Positions 23,263-35,600 of a DNA stretch of 64,000 bases are shown piece by piece. A model generated the notes under the pieces. It worked only from the letters and a program-made list of their open reading frames with translations. It had not been told where the DNA came from and made no database searches. Source of the stretch: Amphiscolops sp. MND2022 (Eukaryota); assembly GCA_964187785.1 (NCBI GenBank), contig OZ076420.1, positions 51,088,001 through 51,152,000 on the forward strand, given 5' to 3'. The stretch's first letter is position 1; each line of letters opens with the position of its first letter. A program made the translations under genes and the position numbers.

Positions 23263-26200
23263 GTGGCAGCTTGCACTGGGGGTGATTTATTCATTGAGAT
23301 CGCTGCCTGTATCAATTCTAGCCAGCAAAAGTTTCTTATAGACACAGGATCAATGGTGTCCATTGTTAAACCCAATTTAATCCATCCAGTTACTATCCTG
23401 CCTTCCAACGCAGTTCTATCCACCATTAAAGGTGACGCGTTGAACGTTTACGGAAAAGTTACTATACCAATTGAAATCCCTTCCTTACGACGGTGCATCA
23501 GCCATACCTTTTTCGTCGCTGACGTGTCGTGTAATATTCTTGGTATTGATTTCTTGTCCACGAACAATTTCTCAATTGATTGCAAGAATGGCCGCCTCAA
23601 GGATAACACAACATTGTTGTCTACTGCAACTCAATTTAAAAAATGCAACCACGTCTCTGTGAACAAAGTTGAGACAGTGATACCTGATATCGGAAACGAC
23701 GAGCTGAAATCAATAATGACCAAAAATGCAGAAGTTTTCGGTGATGTTGATTTCAACAGCACAGCTCAACACCAAACGCTACATCGTATTGAACTGACGG
23801 GTAAGGGCCCGTATGGCAGCCCGAGGCGTTTGTGCCCCGAGAAATACAGGATCGCCAAACAGTGTTTCGATTCCATGATAGCAACAGGGATATGTCGTCC
23901 ATCATGCAGCCAATATGCCTCCCCATTGCATATGGTACCTAAAAAGGAACCTAACGATTGGAGGCCTTGTGGAGATTACCGACGATTAAATTCAGTCACT
24001 AAAAGGGATTGCTACCCCCTTCCACAACTATCGGATTTCAATCTTTATGGCAAAAAAGTTTTTAGTAAGTTGGACTTAGTAAAAGCATACCATCAGATAC
24101 CAGTACATCCCGATGATATAGAGAAAACTGCTGTGACAACACCGTTTGGTCTTTTTGAATTTCTACGAATGCCATTTGGTCTCCGAAATGCAGGACAAAC
24201 ATTCCAACGCTTCATGAACACAGTTTTCCAAGGATTAGATATGGTTTTCACCTTCGTGGACGACGTCCTAATTGCATCAGACGATGAAACGACTCACTTG
24301 AAAGACATCGAAACGGTATTGGAACGCCTGAAGCAATACGGACTGCGCTGCTCTATAAAGAAATGCGAATGGATGAAAAATGAGATCGAATTCCTCGGAT
24401 TTTTGATCACTGCTGAAGGTTTACAACCCAAAGCGGACAAAGTCGAAGCTATTCAACGATGGCCGCGTCCCACGAGTTACAAAAGTTTGCGAAGCATGAT
24501 GGGAATGTTCTCTTTTTATCGACAACATGTTCCCCAGTATGCAGAAATAGTCGAACCTCTCCAAACGTTACTCAATGATAGTCAGCCATCCCGTACTTCA
24601 AATTCGACTATCGACACACCATTGCGTTGGGAACCCTTCCACGATGACGCTTTGATATTATTGAAGAACAAACTTTCTGAACGTACCATGTTGCACTATT
24701 TGTCTCCAGATGGTACTCTCACTCTCACTACTGATGCTTCTGACAAAGCAATAGGCGGAGTTTTACACGACAACAGAACGGACGGGACAAACGTGCCACT
24801 AGCCTTCTTTTCACGAAAATTATCTGTCGCAGAACGCAATTATTCTGTGTTTGATAAAGAACTTTTAGCAATTTTTGCCGCAACACAGAAATTTCGACGA
24901 TTTATTGAAGGTCGTTACTGTGTCGTTTTTACCGACCACAAACCCATTGTTGCTTCCTTTCGAAAAACAACCGACCACTCCCCTCGACAATCCCGGCAGT
25001 TTTCGTTTTTGTCGGAATTTATTGACGATATTGTTCACATTGCTGGTGACAGCAATGTGGTAGCTGATTGTCTATCACGACCCGAAGAAGAAGAGAGTTG
25101 CGTACAACAACCGAAACTTATATCTGCTGTAACTTGTGACCCTTTCGATTTACAGGCAATCGCTGAAGCGCAAACACAGGAGTTTCAGGAGGAAATGTGC
25201 CAGGTGTACAGTCAAGGCACCAAAATTGTTACTATTCCACCAGACATAAAATTACTCTGCGATAAAACTCTCATTCCCCGTCCAATAGTTCCACCAGAGT
25301 TACGGAGAAAATTGTTCCTCAATTTTCACAACATGTCACATCCGAACTGGAAGGCAACTAATAAACTAATTTCAGCACGTTTCACCTGGCCGCATTTGGC
25401 TTCGGACGTGAAGGGTTGGTGCAAGGAATGTTTACATTGTCAGAAAAGCAAAGTTACACGACACACAATAACGCCTCCTGCACCAACCGCAGGTTATCCA
25501 GCCCGTTTCCAGCATTTACATTTGGACATAGTAGGTCCTCTGCCTGCAGTGTCGAATTGCCCGAATAGATATATTCTTTCCTTCATCGATCGATCAACAA
25601 ACTGGATAGAAGCTACTCCCATTAGTTCTATCACCGCAGAAGTCGTGGCTGAAACATTTATTTCTACTTGGTTTTCGCGGTTCGGAGTCCCACTCTACAT
25701 TACTACCGATCAAGGACGCCAGTTCGAATCTGATTTGTTCGCCGAATTATCCAAATTGCTTGGTTTTGCACGTCTTCGTACTACACCTTATCATCCCCAA
25801 GCCAATGGTAAAATCGAAAGGTACCATCGAACTTTAAAAGCTTCTTTAGCAGCCTCACCTTTACCGTGGACTCAAGCTTTACCGGTCGTTTTATTCAGTC
25901 ATCGAATTCTGCCCAATTCCATGGGAATATCCCCTTTTCAACTGGTAACCGGATCAGATGCTTTTGTTCCCACTATTTTTAAAGAAAAACAACGACAAAC
26001 ATTCACTCGTGATTACGTCTCTAAACTGGCCACGCATTTGCAGTTATTACAATTTACAACACCTTCATTGACTTCTCATTCCGGTTCCAAGCAATATGTT
26101 CCTCGGGACCTTCAGGAGTGCAGTCATGTTTGGCTACGAGTTGATCGTACCAGGCGTCCCTTGGAGGCGCCCTATAGTGGTCCCTTTCCTGTTCTGGAAC

Positions 26201-26511
26201 GCAATGATAAAACAATGTTGATACAATGCACGAACGGACCTACCCGAGTGAGTTTAACCAGAGTTAAACCTTGCTACCTTCCATCAGAGACACATTTCAA
26301 ACCAACTGTGCCAAAATTGTCAGAGGACAATGGGTCCTTTTGTTCTTGTGGGGGACCTTTTAACACCGATATGATCGGCTGCGACGGTCCTAATTGTGTC
26401 ATACAATGGTTTCATTTTTCGTGTGTAGGAGTTGACAAACCTCCTCAAGGCAAGTGGTTTTGCCCTACTTGCAGGGAACAACGAGTACAGAAAACCGTTT
26501 CATTCGCATGA
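23263..26511 (+). CDS. pol: Pol (PR-RT-RH-IN) ending in a PHD finger
   Basis: [49 protein letters not shown], then [45 protein letters not shown] (26338-26478). Confidence 0.95.
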   Translation: MAACTGGDLFIEIAACINSSQQKFLIDTGSMVSIVKPNLIHPVTILPSNAVLSTIKGDALNVYGKVTIPIEIPSLRRCISHTFFVADVSCNILGIDFLSTNNFSIDCKNGRLKDNTTLLSTATQFKKCNHVSVNKVETVIPDIGNDELKSIMTKNAEVFGDVDFNSTAQHQTLHRIELTGKGPYGSPRRLCPEKYRIAKQCFDSMIATGICRPSCSQYASPLHMVPKKEPNDWRPCGDYRRLNSVTKRDCYPLPQLSDFNLYGKKVFSKLDLVKAYHQIPVHPDDIEKTAVTTPFGLFEFLRMPFGLRNAGQTFQRFMNTVFQGLDMVFTFVDDVLIASDDETTHLKDIETVLERLKQYGLRCSIKKCEWMKNEIEFLGFLITAEGLQPKADKVEAIQRWPRPTSYKSLRSMMGMFSFYRQHVPQYAEIVEPLQTLLNDSQPSRTSNSTIDTPLRWEPFHDDALILLKNKLSERTMLHYLSPDGTLTLTTDASDKAIGGVLHDNRTDGTNVPLAFFSRKLSVAERNYSVFDKELLAIFAATQKFRRFIEGRYCVVFTDHKPIVASFRKTTDHSPRQSRQFSFLSEFIDDIVHIAGDSNVVADCLSRPEEEESCVQQPKLISAVTCDPFDLQAIAEAQTQEFQEEMCQVYSQGTKIVTIPPDIKLLCDKTLIPRPIVPPELRRKLFLNFHNMSHPNWKATNKLISARFTWPHLASDVKGWCKECLHCQKSKVTRHTITPPAPTAGYPARFQHLHLDIVGPLPAVSNCPNRYILSFIDRSTNWIEATPISSITAEVVAETFISTWFSRFGVPLYITTDQGRQFESDLFAELSKLLGFARLRTTPYHPQANGKIERYHRTLKASLAASPLPWTQALPVVLFSHRILPNSMGISPFQLVTGSDAFVPTIFKEKQRQTFTRDYVSKLATHLQLLQFTTPSLTSHSGSKQYVPRDLQECSHVWLRVDRTRRPLEAPYSGPFPVLERNDKTMLIQCTNGPTRVSLTRVKPCYLPSETHFKPTVPKLSEDNGSFCSCGGPFNTDMIGCDGPNCVIQWFHFSCVGVDKPPQGKWFCPTCREQRVQKTVSFA

Positions 26512-26840
26512 TTTTTGTCAACACTCCGTTATTTTATGGGGGACCTCTGTAACCTACCCTCACTGGATATCGGAAAAAATATTTCAATTCCAATTTTAGT
26601 CACCTATTCTTTATTTGTTTTGGACAACACATTATGTTAAACGTATAATTCAAGCCGTTATATTGATGGGCGACAATGCATTGAGACAACTTATCATGAT
26701 TACGTAATTACGTAGTAGTATGATGACTCATATGAGTCATTGCAGAAGTCACGTGACCACACTTCAAAACGACACAAAGGATCGTTTTCAACCCATAGAA
26801 TCACTTCTCTTCAAAAAACAGCACCAAACAGTCGGCAGAA

Positions 26841-27770
26841 ATGCAAATCAGCTCAGACGAAATGTCCCTTCTGCAACTCTACAGGACCACCAAAATGCAG
26901 CTCGGAGGAATGTTACCAAACCTCGCCAATTTGACATTGATGTCTATTACGCCGCAGAATGGAATGATTGCTATTACACAGTCAACTGAGTTGTTCTCTC
27001 AAGTGCCAGTGGACAACGAGCAAATTGTTACCAATCCTGCACCTAGAACACTTCCCCGCAATCCGACACCACAGAAACAGCGTGAACACCACTTATCCAG
27101 CTCTTCGGATTCGAGCAGCAGTTCGTCCGAGACCGATGATGAACCACCACCTAAAAGGCCGCAGAAGAAAAAAGACGGCAAGAAAGAACGGTCCTCGACA
27201 GCCAAAGAATTGGCACGACCCCCAGCTAACGAGTGGCACAACAACCTGGTACCGCTGAATAAGCTGGCCAGCCTGTCCACATCGCAGATAAGCAAATTAG
27301 ACGATGTCAACGAGGTCGACGATCAAATCCGTGACCTCACGCCGGAGATTGATGACATCAACCTTCCCTTTCAAGGTGAAGGTTTAGCCAAAAAAGTGCC
27401 TCCAGGAGCCAAATTTGGTGATTGGGTTATTTCACGAAAGAGTGGCATGACAGGTTTTGAGATCAACAATATGTGCCGAGCCATGGGACGTTTCGCTGGT
27501 TTGAAGTACGACCGGATTGAAGCAAACGACAAGCCAAATTACATGACCCGAGCTACTTATGCTACAGTGTTGGTTCACCGTCCGTGGTTGGTGGCGCAAA
27601 TAATGGACATCCCGAGGTCAACATTGCGGAAAAGAGTCAAGGTTTTTGCGAAAAAAGTGATGGACCTGGCCAAGCAGACAACACTTGCTAATTTGATGCT
27701 TCGGTTGCGACTAACTGTAAACGACACCGATTACTTAGCTTCACTGATATCGGAAAATGCTTCCCCATAA
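26841..27770 (+). CDS. Orphan 309-aa ORF inserted in the 3' LTR
   Basis: Open frame with a Ser/Asp tract, an NLS-like PPPKRPQKKK and a globular-looking C-terminal half. The stop codon is supplied by LTR sequence. No family recognised. Confidence 0.6.
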   Translation: MQISSDEMSLLQLYRTTKMQLGGMLPNLANLTLMSITPQNGMIAITQSTELFSQVPVDNEQIVTNPAPRTLPRNPTPQKQREHHLSSSSDSSSSSSETDDEPPPKRPQKKKDGKKERSSTAKELARPPANEWHNNLVPLNKLASLSTSQISKLDDVNEVDDQIRDLTPEIDDINLPFQGEGLAKKVPPGAKFGDWVISRKSGMTGFEINNMCRAMGRFAGLKYDRIEANDKPNYMTRATYATVLVHRPWLVAQIMDIPRSTLRKRVKVFAKKVMDLAKQTTLANLMLRLRLTVNDTDYLASLISENASP

Positions 27771-28789
27771 GCAGTGCATCCGTCCAAAAGGAAAGGTACC
27801 GTCCAAAAGGAACGGCCAAAAGGAAAGGTACCGTCCAAAAGGAACGGCCAAAAGGAAAGGTTTGATAGTGCCGTTTAGAATGTAATCCTGCCCTTTGGGA
27901 CAATGATTTGGTATAAATAGAGTTGATTTCTTATCATTTATTCATTATTAATTTAACCTTCATTCGAATCAGTCGTCTTTTGTTATTCGACCCCACAGTA
28001 TTAAGCCAAGTGACTGGTAACCCTACTAAAGACGCAGAAGCTCTGAGGTTATGACTAACAGACTTTCTACTTTTATTTTATTTACACAGAACTGATAAAA
28101 CGTGCCTAAAACATATTTGTTAGATTAACCCGCATTTTAGGGGTTGTTCGGATTCTATATAATTTATTTTTCGTTTCGGAAAAATCAACTCAGTTATCTA
28201 CTTTTTGAAAACAGTGTCGACTCCGATTGTCAGTAAAAAACTACAAAGCGTTTGTAGACCCACAGTCTGTGGGCATGTCGAGGCATGTCCATCGTCGACG
28301 TATGCCCAATCAGGAACGTCGCACGCACTCAAGTTTTGGATTTTACATCGTGGAAGTTCGGCCCATTTGAAGAAGTGTTAAAAAACGGTAAACAACGCCA
28401 GCAATAATCGATAGTTTCCACTGACCGGGACAGTTAGCATGAAAACAGGTTTACCACAGTATCGGTTGTTTTTCTATTTTAGGATGTTTCTCTGGAGGCA
28501 CCGGGTCGACTGATTTTATATTTGTATCGGTTACCGGCCAACACAACAGGTATCGGTTACCGGATATGACACAACAATCGTCTTTAATAGATGAAATTTA
28601 AACAAACCGGGAACGGCATAAGTCGGCGCCTCGCTTGAGGCTCAAAAGTTCTGCAAAGTATTGTCTTCCACAGTAACCGAAAGCCCGAAAGGGACCGAAC
28701 TGGTGCGCCAAAATGGGGGCTTCAGGCTTTTTCAATATGCATTCTGTTGCAAAATATTTGAAAAAATTGAAAGGCGGCACTTTGGAGAC

Positions 28790-29010
28790 TCAAAAATGAA
28801 AATTTTTGAGCAGTCTCATAGGGCCAAAAAATATTAAAAGGAGAACCCTTTGGGATTTTTCAACATCAATTCTGTTTGAAAACAGTCTCACAGGGCCAAA
28901 AAAATATGAAAGGGAGAACAATTGGGAATTTTTTAACATCGAATTCTGCAAAATTCTCGTAAAATAGTCTCAGTAACGAAAAATTTTAAAGGAGGATCCT
29001 TTAGTCTCGT
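28790..29010. repeat. Degenerate ~65-bp minisatellite
   Basis: Three related units of the form CAGTCTCA.AGGGCCAAAAAATAT.AAAGG. Confidence 0.55.
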
Positions 29011-29637
29011 CCAGTTTTGTATTCACTCTTTTGTGGTGACTAGAATCAGTTCAGTCTTTAAAAAATGGTTATTTTTAGTCGTATACAGCTACAAAGCTGT
29101 AACCAAAAAATTGTATGAATGAACTCGTTTTTTGTAAATTTTCGTGCAGATTAGAACATTTAAAAAATGTCTGCAATTTTTTTGTGAGCTCTATCTTTGA
29201 CATGTCACATTTTTATCCGGATGAACAGCTACCTTTAACAAACTTTTGGATCATATTTATTTTTATATTGCTTGGTTGTTGTTGAAAGTTAATTTGCTTT
29301 GTCTTCAGCATGTGTCCACATTTCCTTCCTGTCAAATACTGACCTGGTTTCATTATCGGTCTGATGTTGCATACTGTACCTCATTTTCTGGAGACTTCCT
29401 AACATAGTAACTGAGTACATCTGCGATGTTTCTCGTTTTACTTTAGGTAGACTTTGAATCATTAATGAGTTATCCATGGGCAGCTTGCGTGCTCCAGTTT
29501 CTGTACGAAAATTCGTTGGTCGTTCACAAGATTTTTAATTTCAGCTGTCCAATATCAACGTAATGCATTTGGAAGAGGTAATCAATATTTAATCATTTCT
29601 GCAGGTGCTAGCCACTTTTTCCATAAACACGTGGAAA

Positions 29638-32600
29638 ATGGTTATTCCAACGGCGAATCAAGCAAATAAACCGGTTTCAGACCAGAATGTTAATCCTGAG
29701 AAACAAACCTTTTCTTCAGTCTACGTTGCAGCGGGTGATAATGAAAACCTGAATGCTGCAAATGTACATCATGACGAAAACTACGGCAACACCAGAGCTG
29801 GAGATGCAAACGTGCCCCACCGCCTGTGTATGTTCCGGTCAAAGCGGCGAATGGGAGGAAGAAACGAAGCGGATGGTGTCTCGCTGGTACTTTTGGAGCT
29901 GGTATGCTCGTTGCCCTGATTATCGTAGCCCTCACGGTGGTGTTAGTCCAAGTTTTCTGCGGCAACAAGAAGAGTAAGTTGCGTTTTCTTTTGGCCCGAT
30001 AATTCGAGTTCTCATTTTAAAAGCAGATTGAAACGTTGTTTCTGAATCTCATGGATTTCCCATCCGTTTAGCCAACTTTTTAGCCCCACTATTACAGCAG
30101 CCAGGCCTAGTTACAAAAGCTGGACACCTACTCCAGCATTGTTCGATCTATAATCACTCAACTCAATTAATTCAAGTTTTTTTTACTTTTTGACTATCTT
30201 CTTTTTGACTTAGGGTTGAAAAATCATCCTGTTATGAGTTTGTTACCTTATTGACCTTCCATAGGTCTCATATTCTGAAATAATCATGGCAGAATTCATT
30301 TAAACTGCATTGCATAATTGGGTTCGACTGGTTTTTACGGGATGAAGCTACTATTGTCTCTCTTAAGAGAAGGGATAAATTCGTCTAATATCATGTTACG
30401 TTAAGTTTAATAGTTTTTAGTGTTTTCTACCAAATATTTTAATGTCAAAAGCTTCGGAGTATCGTCATGTCTTAGTTTTATTGTGACTTAGGTTGTCTTT
30501 TATTGTGACTTAGGTTGTCTTTCGTTAAAAGTTTAGGTTGTCTTTCGTTCTTCGTTAAAAGTTGAAGCCAAGTATTTTTTTCTGTAAAACTTTCAAAATT
30601 GAACATGATTATCAGATAATGACCGCTGATTGAAAATGATACTTGTAACATAGCTGAAACATTCCGTTGTTGAGGACAAATGAACTGATTGAAAGAACTC
30701 TTAAATATTTGACCTTAAAACTATTTTACCTATGACAGAACTTTAACCTTTTAACTATTTAATCAGCATCTATCTTTAAACAAATAACTATAATAATATC
30801 TATTAATACAAAAACATCAGTGCTGACAATAACTAGAGAATTGCATGGTTGTGTTTTCAAATAAGAAGATTGAGAACTAATCTGAGGATTGTGATCCATG
30901 TTCCGAAGACTTGGCTGCTCTCCATTCCTGCATCCAGCCGCCAGCCATAAATACTCATCTTAAAAGTAGAGATATAAGTTGGTTACAGGAGCAAAACAAT
31001 CCTCACTATGCAATACAGAGAAGAACTCTCCTTTTTGTGTTGAAAAGCTCACACGAGACCCCCGACCAACCACCCGCGGTGTTCCAGCCACATCATCCAC
31101 GACCAGCACCAGATCCACGAGGCTGTAATAACTGAAACAAACACGGCACGGCAGAAACTGGAAACTACAGAAATCAAAGATGAATTTTGGTGACTTTCTC
31201 CACTTGGGCGAATTTTGATGCTCCGATATCTGTATTCAATTTCATGATGACTTCAAAGTGCCAGTACGAATACAGTCGGTGAGTTTGATTCAATTCTGAA
31301 GCAGTAAAGTGATATAGTGTAAATTTCGAATTTCATGAGTGCTTCAACTGTTTTCATTTTCAATTGAACTGTGTCTCACAGCTGTTAATCTTTTAGAAAC
31401 TCAACTGTGAAATTCTGCAAACTTTTTACTTTTTTCCAAAGGCAAATTTCCTTTTTTCACTGCAAATTGTAGTTGTTGCAAAAACGCTTTAAATTTGATC
31501 TCAAATCTTTCTTGTTTCGCCTTGAAAGTTTCATATTCGTTGTTCAGTTTTCGAAGTTCAAACTACACGTCAGTGTTCGACTGCATTTTACAAACTTTAA
31601 TCGACAAATTTTTAATTTTTTCTTCACTACAATCTCAGTTTTTATTCGTCACTCTCTATTTTACACTTAACTTTAAAATCATGGCTGCTTTACCTCAACT
31701 CTCGCTAACACCGTACTCGGGTTTAGAAAAGGAAAACTTTCGTGAATTTGAACATTTGTTACGAAGTATCTTAGCAGTAGCTGCGGTACCGCAGGCACAA
31801 CAAGCCAACTTTTTACAACTTCATCTTAGAGACGCTGCGCTCCGCTATTTTCAAACACTACCGGTAGCAACACGTGCGGACTTAGATCTCTCTTTGACAG
31901 CTCTTCGTGATCACTTTTGTAATCCAAGACTTCAGGAATTGCATGTTCTTAAATTGGAAAACTTAAAATTCGATCCGAAAACAGACAATCCAGAGAATTT
32001 TTTAGTCACGTTACAAACGAAAGCACTTAAAGCTTATCCCGATCCAAATCCACCTGCTGTAGCACCAATTGACGGTGCCGCGCCGGACGCAGCAGTCGAA
32101 CAAACACGATTTGATTCTGAAACCGCCAGAGGAGCGGAAATAATTCATTCAGCGCAACAAACGCGCTCCGCTCAGATTCGGAGACAATTTATAAAAAATA
32201 TGCCGGGCTGGCTTCGAGCGAAACTTTTGGAACAACCGGAAAATACAACGGTTGAAGATTTGTGTATATTCGCTCGGAAACAACTTTCGATCTATAACCT
32301 TTGTAAGGTTGAAGATTCGGTTATGGATGCTTTCAGTGAAGTGCGCCCTTCAGTATCTGATACTTTAGTTACAGCTCTTACAAAATTGAGCCATAGTCAA
32401 GAAACTATGGACAATCGACTGAACGAAATGTCCAAAAAACTAGAAGAGCAAGCTACGAATTTTACCACTCAGTTACAAAATCAGCAAAACCAAAATAATT
32501 CGCAACGCGGCTCTCAAAACTATCGTGGCCAAGGCTATCGCGGAAATCGAGGAAATTACCGTGGTCGGTATCGCGGCAATAACCGTGGAAACCGAGGTCG

Positions 32601-35600
32601 AGGTTACCAAGGTCGAGGACGACCTTGGCAGAACAATTACGGCAGAAATTACAATCAGTCAAATCAAAATTACCAAAATTCAAATTTTAATCAGAATCAA
32701 AATAGTCAGCAACAATGGTCAAATCATAATCAGGAAAACTTTCAACAAGGAAATTCCAATCAAGGTTCATCGCAAACTACATTTGAAGTTTTTACTCCGG
32801 ATCCGCATTACATGCCTTATACACAACAATCAACACATACTTGCTATAATTGCGGATATCCGAATCATCTAGCAAAAGATTGTACTGCGCAAGGTAACCC
32901 GCCACAACGAGGAGCTCAAATGCCGTTCAATCAAAATCAAAAAAACTAAAAACGCAGCACAAGATTCCACCGCCTAATTCTCTACATGAAAACCAGTCGA
33001 ATGAGCCACACACATGTAACATAGAATTAAAAGAGCCAGATATATGCGCTGTTTTGCCTCTTGAAGGTGAAAATCTTTCCTACGTTAAATGAAATTTTCT
33101 CCGAACATTCGCCGAAGAGCCCTCATTGATACAGGCGCCTGCGCTAATGCAATGCCTCAAAATTTATACGACGAATTATGTTTGAATCATCCCGAATTAA
33201 TTAAAAATGAAATCCCAAATTTTACGTCAGTTCGCATGGCTTCAGGACAACGTGTGTCAGTTGACAATCAGGTGAATCTCCCATTCTGTATCGGAATTCA
33301 TTCCTTTACGGATAGTTTTCTCGTGCTACCAAAAATGAATAGTGTAATTTTGGGGAATTCATTCTTCAAAAAACAAAATATTACAATCGACCCAAAAAAC
33401 AACTTACTGAAACTGCCTGATTTTACGGTTCAACTCAATGAAATGAAACCGGACGCTGGAACAAAACGACAATTTGTAAAAAAAATGAAAAATATCCCTA
33501 TTCTATTGAGCAAAAAAGTCAATATTGGACCGCAGCAACAAGTCCTCCTTGAATGCTATTTGGATGAATACACTGACCAGTTAGCTAACTGTACAGGACT
33601 AGTAATTCCCAATAAAGATTTGGAGGAAAAGGCCAATATCGCATTAACTTCGTCTCTGAGCAAGATGGATAATGACAATAAAATTTACACATCAGCGATC
33701 AATTTGAGTGATTCCCAGATTACGCTAAATAGCAAAAAACAAATTGCACATTTCGAAATTTTGAGCGAGTCACAGGCTGATTATCTCCTTGAAATAGATC
33801 CACAATTATTGGCACTCGCAAAAATGAGAAAACCTGACGATTTTGAAAATGAACTCAATCAGCTAATTCAAGATATACACTTTCAAAAATTTGACACGGA
33901 CAATGGTCGACCGTCCCCAGATTACTCAAAACTTTGGTTTCCGACTCCCGAAACATGTACAGATCTTTCAAATTTGTCACCGTTGCAACGTGAAATTTAC
34001 GACCAATTTTGCAACTTCAACGTTTTGAAAAAATAAATCCAAAATCTAACTCACACGATAGACAAGAATTTTTGAAAAAATTTACGTGGGATACATGTGT
34101 TTTGAGCGCTGATGAAAAGTCAAAATTGGAGGATTTCCTTGTTGAATATCATGACGTGTTTGCAAAACATCGCTTTGATGTTGGGTATAACACAGAATTG
34201 AAGATCAAATTAACGCCTGCTCATCAACTTCCGGTATACGTTCAAGGTCCACCAGCACCGATTCCTTTGCGTGATGAAATTTTAGTTGAATTGGAGTTAT
34301 TACAATATTTTAACATCATAACTACGTTGTCACACTCCAAATATTCTAGTCCGATATTTGTACATCGCAAACCATCTGGCAAGCTTCGCATACTTATCGA
34401 TCTCAGAAGAGTCAATCACCTCCTACGCCATGATTACTTAAATAGCAATTTCCCCATTTCAAATATGACAGATGCGACAAACCATTTTGCGGGAAAGAAG
34501 TTATTTTGTAAACTTGATTGTTCGCAAGCATACCATTGCGTTCAAATGGCAGATGACCTTTCGGTACAATTGCTGGCATTTAATTTCGCTTCGCGTACAT
34601 TTGCTTATAATTGTTTAGCCCAAGGCCTGAACAAATCCGTCACCGGATTTAGTTCGTTCGTTAAACACTACTTAGATAAATGTCTTGCTGCCAATGTTTG
34701 TACTCAATGCATGGACGACATTGCCATGGGAGTAAACAATTTTGATGAGATGATTCCTGCTTTAACAAAAATTTTTGATTGCCTGCGTGCATCAGGATTA
34801 AAATTGTCTGCTCATAAATGTGAATTTGGGACGACCAAGATTGATTATTTGGGAAGCACCATAACACCTAAAGGAATCTCACCAGAAGCTGACAAAATAA
34901 ACAAATTTCTCGAAAAAATCAGAATGCCAGAAACTGTTAAACAAGTGAAAAGATTGATTGGATTTGTCCAATTTTTTCGTTCGTTCATGCCCAACTTGGG
35001 CCAAAAATTGCTACCATTTTACAAACTTTTGCGAAAAGATGTAGAATTTAAAACCACGAAAGAACATAGCGAAGCACTAGATTCATTGAAAACCGATTTA
35101 CGAAATGCTACCAACTCTACTTTGCGATTGGCAAAACCTGGTCTCCAATACGTACTTCTTTGTGACGCTAGTTACCATGGCACAGGCTTTGTTCTCATGA
35201 TTGAGGACTACTTGTTAGATCAACAAGGCAAAGAGAAGAAAGTTTACGCGCCGGTCTCCTTTGGATCTCGATCGTTTGGTCCGACGCAATTGAAATTTTC
35301 GGTTTACTATAAAGAATTTCTTGCTCTCTATTTCGCCTTAGATCATTTTGCACATTTTATATGGGGCGCAACTAAACCTGTGCTAGTCTTAACCGATAAC
35401 CGTAGTCTCACGCAATTTTTCCAATCTAAAAGTATTCATCCATCGTTATGGAACTGTTTGGATAGAGTTTTGTCTTTCAACATTCTCCTTGCTCATATTC
35501 CTGGTAAAGCGAATTCGGCCGCAGATTTTTTATCACGAATGCAAACAGACCCTACTCTAACTCTGTCTCTCAAATTAACTGATCGGATACCTATTAAAGA

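Larger units (their letters stand above)
22129..27997 (+). mobile_element. Complete CsRN1-type Ty3/Gypsy LTR retrotransposon, very recent
   Basis: 5' LTR 22129-22398 (TG..CA); 3' LTR 26548-27997, interrupted, with shared parts identical by eye apart from one base at the insert junction; 4-bp TSD GTAT; PBS TGGTGACCCCGACGTGAT (22402-22419), complementary to the tRNA-Trp 3' end; uninterrupted gag and pol. Confidence 0.95.

Noticed and set aside
28000-29580. Short ORFs in the AT-rich spacer
   Set aside because: No motifs, splice pattern or coding signal; the region is made of small repeats.
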